NCBI GenBank assembly: GCA_016840515.1
Contig: JAEOSF010000013.1
Span: 33,587-65,586, forward strand
Length of the DNA stretch: 32,000 nucleotides
Source of the DNA: Candidatus Borrarchaeum yapensis
GTDB taxonomy: Archaea; Asgardarchaeota; Sifarchaeia; Borrarchaeales; Borrarchaeaceae
Direction: 5' to 3'
This document shows positions 1-10,157 of the stretch, in pieces (within the stretch, counting starts at the first letter, position 1; the number at the start of each line of letters is the position of its first letter). The notes beneath the pieces are model-generated. The model saw nothing but the letters and a program-made list of their open reading frames with translations, ran no database searches and was not told the DNA's origin. Position numbers and translations under genes: made by a program.

Positions 1-3000
1 AATGATTCTTCAAGCAATAACATTAATGGCAACAGCATCACCAATAACTACAGGAATGGCCTCGATATCGTTTCTTCTTCATACAACAATATCACCAGCA
101 ACACCATCAACGATAACAACAGGAATGGCATCAGTCTCATTGGTTCTTCATACAACAGCATAGCTTCTTACAATATCATCACCAACAACTATGCGGGCAT
201 CTTTCTCGATGGTTCTTCAAATAACAGTATAACTTTCAATGCCATATCAAACAATGGGGATGGCATTTATCTCTATAATAGTACAAACAACGGTATAACT
301 GGCAAAAACATCATAACCCATAACGATTATGGCCTCTATCTTGTGGGTGCTTCAACAAACACTATAGCTGGCAACGTCATCACAACGAGCACCATTAATG
401 GAGTCTTTTTAGATTCTTCTTCAAACAACACCATCACTGGCAACACCATCACAACAAATGTCGTACATGGCATCAGGCTCGAAGAAGATTCAAGCAATAA
501 CAGCATTATTGACAACATCATATCCAATAACGATGCGGGCGTCGTTCTCGATGGTTCTTCATACAACAGTATAACTTTCAACGTCATATCAGACAATGAT
601 GATGGCATCCATCTCTATAGTAGTGCAAACAATGCCATAGCTGGCAACAACGTCACCAATAACACTTTTAATGGCATCAGGCTCGAAGAAGATTCAAGCA
701 ATAACAGCATTATTGACAACATCATATCCAATAACGATGCGGGCGTCGTTCTCGTTGCGTCTTCAATTAACAGTATAACTAGCAACCGCATCACACTAAA
801 TAATGTTGGCATCTGGATCTCTTCCCTCCCAAATGTCTCATACAATAACAGCATAACTAGCAACACCATCACCGACAACACTATTGGCATCTGGCTCGAT
901 TCTTCTTCCATCAACACCAACATAACTAGCAACACCATCACCAACAATGTTTTGAGCCTCCATCTACAGGAAACTTCAACTAACAGTATAGCTGGCAACA
1001 CCATATCCAACAACGATTACGGCCTCAATCTCTATGCTTCTTCAAACAACACCATCACTGGTAACACCATCACAGTAAACAGCGGTTTTGGCATCAGGCT
1101 CTGGTATTCTTCAACTAACAGTATAACTAGCAACAACATAACAGCCAACAACGATGATGGTATCCGTCTCGATGGTAGTGCAAACAACACTATAGCTGGC
1201 AACACCATATCAGCCAACAGCTTTTCTGGCATCCTCCTCAATTCTTCTTTATTCAACAACATCACGGGTAACAGCATCACCAACAACGATTTAGGCATCT
1301 GGTTTGATTCTTCTTCAAACAACATCGTCGCTGACAACATCATAACCAACAACGATTTAGGCGTCTATCTTCTTTCTTCCTCAAACAACACCATCACTGG
1401 CAACACCATCGCAGACAACTTGTATGGCCTTATCATTGTTTCGCCTTCTGGTGGTTGTCCTCCAATAGTAATTTGTCCCGTCGTAAGAGTTTCGGTACAA
1501 AATCTCATTTACCACAACAACTTCATAGACAACGGCGTTCAAGCAAACGACTCAAATCCTGCATACAACGACTGGCATCATCCAGTTCTGTTAGAGGGCA
1601 ATTACTGGTCTGATTATCCTGGTGTTGATGACGGAAGCGGCACTGGCAAGCATGCAATTGCTGGCGACGGTATAGGAGACACCTATATACCCTGGCCTGG
1701 ACTTGACTTCGACTTTTATCCTTTGATGCTTTCATACATTAAGACACCTCTCGGCACTGGAGTGGAGGTTACAGACCCAGTTACAAAAGCCAAAATAACA
1801 TTTGATGAGGTCACAAACAGCGGGACAACAACAGTAACCACCAGTTCAACAGGACCCAGTCCACCAGCAGGATTCGAAGTCAATGGACAATATTACGAGA
1901 TAAACACTATCGCCAACTTCACAGGTACTATTACCATTTGCTTACCTTATAATGAAACCCTAGTAGTAGGAAATGAAGCGGACCTGAAACTCATGCATTG
2001 GAACTCAGTATCCATGCAATGGGAAGATATCACTACTTGGGTAGACACAGTGAACAATATCATCTGCGGCGAGGTCTCCAGCTTATCACCATTCGTAGTC
2101 GTGGAAAATCTAGATTTTACACCACCAACTACCGAATTAACTATTGGAACACACTATGTTGACGAAACAAGCAACATCTTCGTTACTTCCGACACAGAGT
2201 TCACGCTTACAGCTACTGACGATTTTGCAGGGGTTGCTCACATCTACTATCGTATTAATAATGGCGACTGGATGGAATATATCGAGGCTATCACGCTTGT
2301 GGGTCCAGATGGAACCTATACCATAGAATATTATAGCGTTGATGCTACAGGCAAGGATGAAACGCCGAAATCTGTAACTGTCATCCTAGTAAGCCTCGAT
2401 GTCAATTCATACATATCCGATGGCGACAATAATCCGATAACATACTTCGATGTAGTCTTTTCAAAGAAGAAAACTGGCTATCAACTTGTTGCAACGAATC
2501 CAGGTCAGATCTTTTATAACATCGAGATCATAAATGATTGGCCAATCGCTGTTGACTCACTAACAATTGATGCAAATATACCTACAGACTTTGTGTTGAA
2601 AGGCGCAAGACCGATACATGTGTACTTAGACGGCATTGACATAACTGACATTTGCACGATCGATGGAACCCTGATTATCGTAACGGACATGCCCGCAGGC
2701 AGCATGATTTATGTGAATATTCATATGGATTATGCACTAAAGGGAACCACCTATGAATCACTAGACGACTTCGGGATGAAAAGTTACTTCTTTGAAGTGA
2801 GCGTGTCAGGGTCTGGTGGCTCACCTTCACAACCTGGTCAAGGTCTCATCGGCACTTACAATTCTCCAGCAAACCTGATTGCTCATCAAAAGAAGACGAC
2901 AGCTATAGCAGGCTACGTTAAGGATTTCTATGGAAACCCAATAGCAAACGCCATTGTAGAGTTATTTGACTCTGATGGCAACCTAGTTGGAGCAGCAATT

Positions 3001-3144
3001 ACAGACGAAAACGGGTTTTACTATTTCCTCGACATCGCAGTCGGATATTACACCGTCAAAGTAACTTACAATGTTCAGACGTATATCCAAGCAATAACTG
3101 TAGCAAAAAACGAACTAGCTCAAGTAGACTTTACTATTGGATAA
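1..3144 (+). CDS. NosD-like right-handed parallel beta-helix repeat protein, followed by Ig-like/DUF11-like and carboxypeptidase-regulatory-like (SdrD B-like) domains; 5' truncated by the window edge
   Basis: Frame 1 is open from base 1 into the 343..3144 ORF. Many ~23-24 aa repeats of the type NNTITGNTIxxNxxGIxLxxSSxN (PbH1/NosD type). C-terminal segment GYVKDFYGNPIANAIVELFDSDGNLVGAAITDENGFYYFLDIAVGYYTVKV is typical of a CarboxypepD_reg/SdrD B-like domain. Confidence 0.85.
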   Translation, partial: NDSSSNNINGNSITNNYRNGLDIVSSSYNNITSNTINDNNRNGISLIGSSYNSIASYNIITNNYAGIFLDGSSNNSITFNAISNNGDGIYLYNSTNNGITGKNIITHNDYGLYLVGASTNTIAGNVITTSTINGVFLDSSSNNTITGNTITTNVVHGIRLEEDSSNNSIIDNIISNNDAGVVLDGSSYNSITFNVISDNDDGIHLYSSANNAIAGNNVTNNTFNGIRLEEDSSNNSIIDNIISNNDAGVVLVASSINSITSNRITLNNVGIWISSLPNVSYNNSITSNTITDNTIGIWLDSSSINTNITSNTITNNVLSLHLQETSTNSIAGNTISNNDYGLNLYASSNNTITGNTITVNSGFGIRLWYSSTNSITSNNITANNDDGIRLDGSANNTIAGNTISANSFSGILLNSSLFNNITGNSITNNDLGIWFDSSSNNIVADNIITNNDLGVYLLSSSNNTITGNTIADNLYGLIIVSPSGGCPPIVICPVVRVSVQNLIYHNNFIDNGVQANDSNPAYNDWHHPVLLEGNYWSDYPGVDDGSGTGKHAIAGDGIGDTYIPWPGLDFDFYPLMLSYIKTPLGTGVEVTDPVTKAKITFDEVTNSGTTTVTTSSTGPSPPAGFEVNGQYYEINTIANFTGTITICLPYNETLVVGNEADLKLMHWNSVSMQWEDITTWVDTVNNIICGEVSSLSPFVVVENLDFTPPTTELTIGTHYVDETSNIFVTSDTEFTLTATDDFAGVAHIYYRINNGDWMEYIEAITLVGPDGTYTIEYYSVDATGKDETPKSVTVILVSLDVNSYISDGDNNPITYFDVVFSKKKTGYQLVATNPGQIFYNIEIINDWPIAVDSLTIDANIPTDFVLKGARPIHVYLDGIDITDICTIDGTLIIVTDMPAGSMIYVNIHMDYALKGTTYESLDDFGMKSYFFEVSVSGSGGSPSQPGQGLIGTYNSPANLIAHQKKTTAIAGYVKDFYGNPIANAIVELFDSDGNLVGAAITDENGFYYFLDIAVGYYTVKVTYNVQTYIQAITVAKNELAQVDFTIG

Positions 3145-3164
3145 AAAATTAGATCAACGATACT

Positions 3165-3192
3165 ATAGTTTCCTTCTTTTTTCCTTTTTTTT
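3165..3192 (+). terminator. Probable archaeal T-rich terminator downstream of the beta-helix ORF
   Basis: tttccttcttttttcctttttttt pyrimidine/T tract about 20-45 nt after the stop codon. Confidence 0.4.
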
Positions 3193-3316
3193 ATGTCAGT
3201 ACAATTCTGCTTTAACTTCAAGAAATCTATTAGATTTTGTTTAAGATATTTTATCATAAAGCTTGGAATGCAGTCAATAATTTCATGGCTTAATAAATTA
3301 TTCTAAGGTTAGATGT

Positions 3317-6235
3317 TCAGAACGTGATTCCTTTGCTTCTTTTGCTCCATTTATACAATTCAATTCCAACAACTGACGGAAGGCATGCAATAATGATTAG
3401 TACCCAATCAAGCCAAGTGAGCCACATGAATTCAAAGACAAACCCGAAGGGTATTACTGCTAGTTGAACTAAAGGAGCATAAATAAGACCAATTGTCCCA
3501 AAAAAAACCATTCCTATGAAGATATACGTACGCGCCGATCTATCTTCGGCTTTGTTAGATTGAATTATGGACATGTTAATTCGGCGAATAGAGAGTACCA
3601 TAAACGATTCCACAAACACGATTGTAACAATCGCCATAGTTCTTGCCTTCTGCTGAGCCAAAGGCCAATCTGTTGACACCAATCCTGCTTCATTGCCAGG
3701 AAACACGGGATATAACCCAGTAAACGTTACAACATAAATAAATGCGACTCCGATAGCCATCAAAGCTGCTTGGAGAGCCATAACCTTAAATAACTTACGA
3801 TCTATGATTTCTTGTGTATCACGTGGTTTTTCTTTCATTATAGCGCTTGTAGATCGATCAAATACTAGTGCAAAACCTGGGAACGTGTGAGCCGACACAT
3901 ATAGCCATTGAAGTTGGTACGGTAAGAAGCCAAAGAAATTCGGTATGAATGACATTCCAAATAGGATAGCCGCTTCCATTAAATTTATACAAACATAGAA
4001 ATAACACATCATTCTGATCTTTTGAAAGAGATTTCTTCCCTCTTGTATACCGGTCTTGATTGATACGAACGAGTCATCCGTAATGATAATATCTGATGCC
4101 TGTTTTGCCACATCAGTCCCTGCAATGCCCATAGCAATTCCAGCATCTGACAAGCTTAGAGCTAATGCATCATTAACACCGTCACCAGTCATTGCGACGA
4201 CTTTGTCACGCTTTTGATATCTTGCAACGATGACTTGTTTATCTTCTGGGCTTACTCGGGCAAATACTCTTGTCTTAAAGAAGCCTTCATCAGTAAGTGA
4301 TTTAATCTGGTAGCCTTCCACACCAATCTGATCTGAACCTTCTTCGATGATATTTAATTCACGTGCAATTGAGGACGCCGTAACTGGGCTGTCGCCTGTA
4401 ATCATTGTGACTTGTATCCCAGCCGACTGGGTTTCCTTTATGGCTTCATATACGCCAGGACGAGGAGGATCAACAATACATACATATCCATCAAATGTCA
4501 TGTTGCTTTCTATTTCATGACGAGCTTCTTTCATATCGTTAGGAAGTTCGTTTATGTTCTTGTGTGCTAGTGAAAGTACTCTAAAACCCAATTTTGCAAA
4601 TTCATTAATATGTGAAAGAATTTTTTCTTTTTCTTGTTCTACAAATTTTTCCTCCCCGATCTGCGAACAGCGAGGAAGAACTACTTCACTGGCACCTTTA
4701 CAAAATGCAATATTAGTATGTGTTCCATTAAACACTTTTGACATTCTTTTTACGTTTGAATCAAACGGAAATTCGGCAATCAGTTTATAATTCTTCAATA
4801 TCTCGCTTTCCTGCAATCCTGACTTTTTAAAAAGAATCTTTATCGCACCTTCAGTTGGTGTACCAATTAGTTTTCCATCGCTAATTTTGGCGTCATTATT
4901 CAATAGACTATTTATCAACAGAAACTCTAGAGATTTTGGGAAAGAGTTTATAGATTTTTGGAGCGCTGCATCGCGAGGTAAATCAACAGTAACTTTATCT
5001 TCAATTTTGAAAATGACTCCATTGGGATTCAATCCCGATCCAGTAATACCATATAGATTTCCATCACTGTCCCAAATACGCTTAACGGTCATTTTGTTCT
5101 CAGTCATCGTCCCTGTTTTGTCAGAACAAACCACGCTAACCCTACCTAAAGTTTCTACTGCGCTAAGATCTCTAATGATTACTTTTTCCTTAGCCATTGC
5201 AAGGACGCCAGTTATTAAGACAATCGTAACAAGTAGCACAATATTAATTGGCATTATAGCTAAGGCAACAATTAGACCATTTATTAGAACTGGGGCCAAA
5301 TCCACCCATTCAATCATCCCTCCTTTTGCTTGAACACCAGGAGGTGGAAAAACGAATAAACTCAATATTCTGAAAGATACCGAAATTGCCAGAAGGATTC
5401 CCACTCCCATACCCAAATATTTTGCTAAAACATTCACCTTTTTCCTTATTGGAATTTCCCCAGTGGTTATTTCCTCGAGCTCTCGGCTCAGTTCTCCAAT
5501 AACAGTCCTAATACCTGTGAAAGCAACAATTACTTTGGCTGTACCTTGTGCAACATATGAACCCAGAAAAACCATATTTGTTGTTTCTTGAATTGACAAT
5601 TCGCCATCCAATCCCTCTGGAGCCACATTTTTTTCTACCGGTACACTTTCTCCAGTAAGACTAGACTCATCTAAAGCAAGATCTACAGAATCAATAATCA
5701 AACAATCAGCAGGCACCCTTTCACCTTGCCGTAACAAAATCACATCGCCTGGGACTAAATCGCTAGTCATAACAGTGATTTGTTTACCGTCTCGTAATGC
5801 TGGAATGTCGTCAGCCATCAACTGTTGAAGCGCTTCAAGTTTTTTCTGTCCTCTAAATTGCTGAACGACTGCTACTACAACATTAGCACCTATTACTATA
5901 AACCAGGGAACAACAAGTGGGAGAACTGCACCGACATCTTCTGGCCCAAGAGATAATGCGATCAGAAAAATTGCAAGTGCTGCAATCAAATAAATATTGA
6001 TGAGCCAATTGGAAATGGGAGCAATGTAGATTTTCCAAAATGATGTCTTAACCTTTGGAAGTTCATTTTCACCATATTTCTCTAAGCGATTAACTGCCTC
6101 TTCTGAAGAAAGTCCGTTGTCTTTATCAGTGTTGAATACGTCAATTAATTCATCGGGAGAGAAATTATAGGCAAATTTTCCTTCGAATAATTCATCTTCG
6201 ACTGAAACTTCGACTGAAGGTGCTTTTCTGCTCAA
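3317..6235 (-). CDS. Cation-transporting P-type ATPase (P2/P3-like, specificity unknown)
   Basis: SDKTGTMTENKMT phosphorylation motif, LTGES actuator motif, MITGDSPVTA, MTGDGVNDALALSLSDAGIAMG; hydrophobic N- and C-terminal segments. Confidence 0.9.
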   Translation of the reverse strand: MSRKAPSVEVSVEDELFEGKFAYNFSPDELIDVFNTDKDNGLSSEEAVNRLEKYGENELPKVKTSFWKIYIAPISNWLINIYLIAALAIFLIALSLGPEDVGAVLPLVVPWFIVIGANVVVAVVQQFRGQKKLEALQQLMADDIPALRDGKQITVMTSDLVPGDVILLRQGERVPADCLIIDSVDLALDESSLTGESVPVEKNVAPEGLDGELSIQETTNMVFLGSYVAQGTAKVIVAFTGIRTVIGELSRELEEITTGEIPIRKKVNVLAKYLGMGVGILLAISVSFRILSLFVFPPPGVQAKGGMIEWVDLAPVLINGLIVALAIMPINIVLLVTIVLITGVLAMAKEKVIIRDLSAVETLGRVSVVCSDKTGTMTENKMTVKRIWDSDGNLYGITGSGLNPNGVIFKIEDKVTVDLPRDAALQKSINSFPKSLEFLLINSLLNNDAKISDGKLIGTPTEGAIKILFKKSGLQESEILKNYKLIAEFPFDSNVKRMSKVFNGTHTNIAFCKGASEVVLPRCSQIGEEKFVEQEKEKILSHINEFAKLGFRVLSLAHKNINELPNDMKEARHEIESNMTFDGYVCIVDPPRPGVYEAIKETQSAGIQVTMITGDSPVTASSIARELNIIEEGSDQIGVEGYQIKSLTDEGFFKTRVFARVSPEDKQVIVARYQKRDKVVAMTGDGVNDALALSLSDAGIAMGIAGTDVAKQASDIIITDDSFVSIKTGIQEGRNLFQKIRMMCYFYVCINLMEAAILFGMSFIPNFFGFLPYQLQWLYVSAHTFPGFALVFDRSTSAIMKEKPRDTQEIIDRKLFKVMALQAALMAIGVAFIYVVTFTGLYPVFPGNEAGLVSTDWPLAQQKARTMAIVTIVFVESFMVLSIRRINMSIIQSNKAEDRSARTYIFIGMVFFGTIGLIYAPLVQLAVIPFGFVFEFMWLTWLDWVLIIIACLPSVVGIELYKWSKRSKGITF

Positions 6236-6561
6236 TTATTTTTCACCGAAATCAACTTGAATTGAAATTAGCTTTTCCTAGCACTATAAAAAGTCTAAAT
6301 TATTTCATTGAATCGCAATTTAAATTATTTTTCATTGAAAAACTGACGTTTAGTTAACTAAATTAAAATTAGCAAGTTATTTCAATGTTTCTTTTAAATC
6401 CGCGAATAAGGAAACTAATATGGTTATTAATTAACGGTTAAAGACAAAAGTGTGAAACTGATGTTCTTGCGATTTTTCTTAAAGCATGTATTTTTTAAGC
6501 AATAGGCGCAAATATAAACCACGAGTCTATGAATTTCGAAATACTTAGGTGAAGGATTCTG

Positions 6562-8067
6562 ATGGTATTATGGACGGAAAAGTACAGACCAATTACACTA
6601 GATCAAATCGCAGGCAATAAAAAAGCTGCAACTGATTTATTGAAGTGGTATGAGGAATGGACAGAAAAGCAAAAAATTGAAGAAAAGAAAAAGAAATCAG
6701 CAATCAAGTTTCCACTTCTTGTTGGACCTCCTGGTTCAGGAAAGACTTCAGCAGTTTATGCTTTAGCGAATACCTATGGGCTTGATGTAATTGAAGTGAA
6801 TGCAAGTGATAAAAGAGGGCAATCTCAAATTCAAGACATTGTAGGATTAGCAGCAACAGAAGGCTCACTTTACTCCGGAACTCGTCCTAAGAAAGTAATT
6901 TTGATCGATGAAGTAGATGGTGTCTCTGGTCGAGAAGATCGCGGAGGAATAGCTACTCTAATAAAGATATTCAAAGAAGCAAGAGTCCCTATTATTGCAA
7001 CGGCTAATGATCCATACAACCAAAGATTATCATCTTTTAGAAGATATTGTACAATTATTAAATTTCAACGTCTACGTGCAGCCAGTATAAAAAATGTTCT
7101 TAAGAAGATCTGCAAGAACGAAGCTGTTGTTGTTGACGATAGTATTTTACTAAAAATAGCAGAAAACTCCGGTGGTGATCTACGGTCGGCAATTAATGAT
7201 TTGCAGGCAATAGCTATGGATAAAAACGAACTTACTGAGAATGATTTGTCTACATTGACATCGAGGGATCACGAAACTGATATTTTTAACGCGTTGAAAG
7301 GTCTATTTTCTGCCAAAACTGTAAAGGATGCACGTATGTCAGTTAGAGATCTAGATATACGACCGGATATGCTTCTACTTTGGATCAATGAAAATGCAGC
7401 AAAACACGCCATAGAGCCTGAAATACTTGCACAGGTGTATGATGCAATTTCAAGGGCTGATCTTTTTAGGGCTAGAATACGCAAACGACAGCAATGGACT
7501 TTGCTGAAATACGTTTATAGCAATATGATAGAAGGCGTAGCAAATCCATTAAAGGGGCAGAGATATACCTATCAAAGATATGGATTTCCTACTTGGGTAT
7601 CGCAAATGAGCCGTACAAAAGAAGTTCGAGGAGCAACCGGAGAACTTGCTGCAACTATTGGAAAAAAATGCCATACTTCCAAAATGAGAGCAATAAAAGA
7701 TTACTTGCCTTTTATTAAATGGATGTTTACTGATCGAGAGATGTCAGCAAAACTTACTAAGTGGTTCAATTTTTCAGATGACGATCTTTCTTTGCTGACA
7801 GAAAAAAAGAACATAAAAGAAATAAAAAAAGAAATGGAAAAACTCAAACCTCCTCCAAAACCTGAAAAGCAAGTGAAGAAAGAAAAGAAAACAGAAAAAA
7901 CAAAAAAGGTAGAGAAAAAGAAAACTACCAAAGAGTCAAAGGAAAAGGTTGAAAAGGAATCCAAAAAAGTAACAAAAAAGGTTGTCAAAAAGGTAAAAAA
8001 GAAACTAGAGGAACCAAAAGAGAAAGAGGAGAAATCAGACCACACACGGTTAGATAAATGGTTTTGA
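6562..8067 (+). CDS. rfcL: Replication factor C large subunit (clamp loader), with Lys-rich tail and C-terminal PIP-like motif TRLDKWF
   Basis: N-terminal MVLWTEKYRPITLDQIAGNKKA, Walker A GPPGSGKTSAVYALA, Walker B LIDEVDGV, and domain order of archaeal RfcL. Confidence 0.93.
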   Translation: MVLWTEKYRPITLDQIAGNKKAATDLLKWYEEWTEKQKIEEKKKKSAIKFPLLVGPPGSGKTSAVYALANTYGLDVIEVNASDKRGQSQIQDIVGLAATEGSLYSGTRPKKVILIDEVDGVSGREDRGGIATLIKIFKEARVPIIATANDPYNQRLSSFRRYCTIIKFQRLRAASIKNVLKKICKNEAVVVDDSILLKIAENSGGDLRSAINDLQAIAMDKNELTENDLSTLTSRDHETDIFNALKGLFSAKTVKDARMSVRDLDIRPDMLLLWINENAAKHAIEPEILAQVYDAISRADLFRARIRKRQQWTLLKYVYSNMIEGVANPLKGQRYTYQRYGFPTWVSQMSRTKEVRGATGELAATIGKKCHTSKMRAIKDYLPFIKWMFTDREMSAKLTKWFNFSDDDLSLLTEKKNIKEIKKEMEKLKPPPKPEKQVKKEKKTEKTKKVEKKKTTKESKEKVEKESKKVTKKVVKKVKKKLEEPKEKEEKSDHTRLDKWF

Positions 8068-8093
8068 GCGAAATAGAACAGGTGATAAAAAAG

Positions 8094-8219
8094 ATGTCTC
8101 GCAGAAAATGTGTTTACTGTGGAAAAGTCATTTCTGATTCAAAATCAGTTGCAAAGTTAGTAGAGATTACTACAAAAAAGAGGAAGGTCATTACGGCGTG
8201 GGCATGCAAGAGTTGTTGA
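8094..8219 (+). CDS. Small (41 aa) four-Cys putative zinc-binding protein, missing from the ORF track
   Basis: atg..tga encodes MSRRKCVYCGKVISDSKSVAKLVEITTKKRKVITAWACKSC with CxxC at both ends. A GGTGAT Shine-Dalgarno-like sequence lies upstream and the ORF follows rfcL by 26 nt. Confidence 0.6.
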   Translation: MSRRKCVYCGKVISDSKSVAKLVEITTKKRKVITAWACKSC

Positions 8220-8433
8220 TTTTCTTTGTCTTTGGATCTGTCATCTAAAGTGGCTCTTATAACTTAAATAGCTCCTAAATCATTTATAAAAAGGTTTATC
8301 ATAAGGAGTAAGTGATTGTTAAGAGAGGAAAATCCATAACTAAGAGACTCGTTGATTTTTTGTAATATTAAGAATTAAAATGTAAGAATAAAGGGAATAT
8401 ATATTAGACAAGTAAGATAAATACTGAACTTCC

Positions 8434-10008
8434 CTATTGAAGTTTTAATTTATATTTTGTAAAGGTAGATAAGTAAAAGAATGCTATAATAGAAGGAAAA
8501 TTGAAGAGAAACTGAAATATCAATAATCTCGATGTTGAATATTCATAGTGTACTTTAGTAACCAATTCTTTCATTGTAACAAATTCTACATCTTGATATC
8601 GATTTTTAATCCAATCAATAGCGTTTAATAGGTTTTCTATCACTGTCCATTTCACTTTCTTGTTTATAATATCATACATGAGCGAAGGATGTCCACTAAA
8701 CACAATTATATTTTTATTTTCATTATATGCCCTTTCAAAGGCTTCAATTATCTCATATTCGGTTTGAGTATTCAGTATATCAAACCAACCACTATCAATT
8801 TGAAATAAACCATTAGGCAAACGAAAATTTCGTTTGTGGTTACTAATAATAGAAAAACCAGATTCTGAAACTGCTTTCTCTAGACTTGGGGAGCATGCAA
8901 GATACCCTGATCGGTAAGATTCCACTGGATACCCCAGTACATTTTCTATTTGGAGTTTGGCAGATCTCAAAAAATATAATTGGGTTTTATAGTCATAATT
9001 TGTGATATAATCGTCTTCGGATAAAGCTCGATAAGGATAGGTAACATTAAGTAATGTGTGAACATGAATATGCACCCCCACTTCATTACCATAGTTCTCA
9101 ATGTCTAATAAATAATTAGGTTCATTTCTTGCCATGTTTGGAGTAATAAAGAATGTAGATTCAACATTCCGATTATTTAATTCTTTTAATAAGACATCCA
9201 TTGCTCCCGAAGTAAAATACTTATATGAGTCAAAATAGCAGTTATAGCAACCCTTGTAATGTACGAATCCATACCAATCTTCTTCTGTATCAAAAGTTAA
9301 GAGAACGTACCTAGAATCCGTGCTGAGATAATTAGCCTCAGGTAAATTTGTTATAAACAAAAAATATGTAGATATGGGTAACAATAATAATAGAAAAATG
9401 ATACAACCTGCAATCAGACTCCTAGTCTTATATTTTTTTACCTTTTGGGCATTTGATTGGTCTTTCAAAACTAAGATCGCTGTTACTTGACTTTTAAGAA
9501 CCCATAATAGCATGACACAAAGAAACGTAAGGTGAAGAATGCCGGAATTAGCGTAAGTTATTAGAGGACTATAGACCATGACTAGAATGTAAAAAAGCAT
9601 AATAATTAGCGGAAAAAAACCAAAGCCAGTAAAAAAGAGGATTTGCTCAAGATCTATTTCGTAAAAAAGCAATTTTATGAAAATTCCCATTATAAGCCAA
9701 ATTAGAATAAAGAAAGAAAAACCAACAAAGAATGTCCCTATAATAAAAAAAAGACCATAAGTACCTAGACAATAGTCTATTGCATTGTAGGTAAAAAATC
9801 GATAGAATATTGAAAAGGAAAAAGTAAGGGATACACAAACGCCTACTAAGAAGATAGGAATTACTATTTTTCTATAGTTGAAGTTTTTAAGTTTTTCATA
9901 TGCTGTCGGTCTTGTTAAAAGGATATCTTTGAAAAATATGAGATTCGAATATAGTTTAACGATTTTTCTTTCCTCCTGAATTCGGAAATAATAGTCAATA
10001 AATACCAA
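8434..10008 (-). CDS. Membrane protein with C-terminal polysaccharide deacetylase-like (NodB/CE4-like) domain
   Basis: Multiple hydrophobic segments in the N-terminal ~200 aa; then YVLLTFDTEEDW, STFFITPNMARNEPN, NEVGVHIHVHT, IIVFSGHPSLMYDI, typical of the deacetylase superfamily. Confidence 0.75.
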   Translation of the reverse strand: MVFIDYYFRIQEERKIVKLYSNLIFFKDILLTRPTAYEKLKNFNYRKIVIPIFLVGVCVSLTFSFSIFYRFFTYNAIDYCLGTYGLFFIIGTFFVGFSFFILIWLIMGIFIKLLFYEIDLEQILFFTGFGFFPLIIMLFYILVMVYSPLITYANSGILHLTFLCVMLLWVLKSQVTAILVLKDQSNAQKVKKYKTRSLIAGCIIFLLLLLPISTYFLFITNLPEANYLSTDSRYVLLTFDTEEDWYGFVHYKGCYNCYFDSYKYFTSGAMDVLLKELNNRNVESTFFITPNMARNEPNYLLDIENYGNEVGVHIHVHTLLNVTYPYRALSEDDYITNYDYKTQLYFLRSAKLQIENVLGYPVESYRSGYLACSPSLEKAVSESGFSIISNHKRNFRLPNGLFQIDSGWFDILNTQTEYEIIEAFERAYNENKNIIVFSGHPSLMYDIINKKVKWTVIENLLNAIDWIKNRYQDVEFVTMKELVTKVHYEYSTSRLLIFQFLFNFPSIIAFFYLSTFTKYKLKLQ

Positions 10009-10157
10009 GAACTGTGCTAGTCCAATTCAGAAGTCGGTTTTTGTTCAACTGAAGATCACTATGCTCTGATACTTTAAACATCATTTGTGCGACTTATAAA
10101 TTCTTTCGACCGTCTTCTCCGTCTGTAATTGGAGTTTTTCCCCTTTAAGAGAGAGGA

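Noticed and set aside
469-760. CRISPR-like or tandem non-coding repeat
   Set aside because: Repeats are coding (in frame, ~24-aa beta-helix coils) and not separated by unique spacers.
336-1352. Antisense ORFs (336..608, 615..1013, 1032..1352, minus strand)
   Set aside because: They are shadows of the G-poor, repeat-coded beta-helix gene. Low-complexity M/L/V/E repeats mirror the sense repeats, with no independent motif.
4554-5333. ORFs 4554..4790 and 4887..5333 on +
   Set aside because: Antisense to the well-supported P-type ATPase; no domain-like sequence.
7269-8045. ORFs 7269..7484 and 7701..8045 on the minus strand
   Set aside because: Antisense to rfcL. The second is Ser/Phe-rich solely because the opposite strand codes for Lys/Glu repeats.
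9647-9838. 63-aa minus ORF
   Set aside because: Nested in another frame of the membrane deacetylase gene; hydrophobic by composition only.
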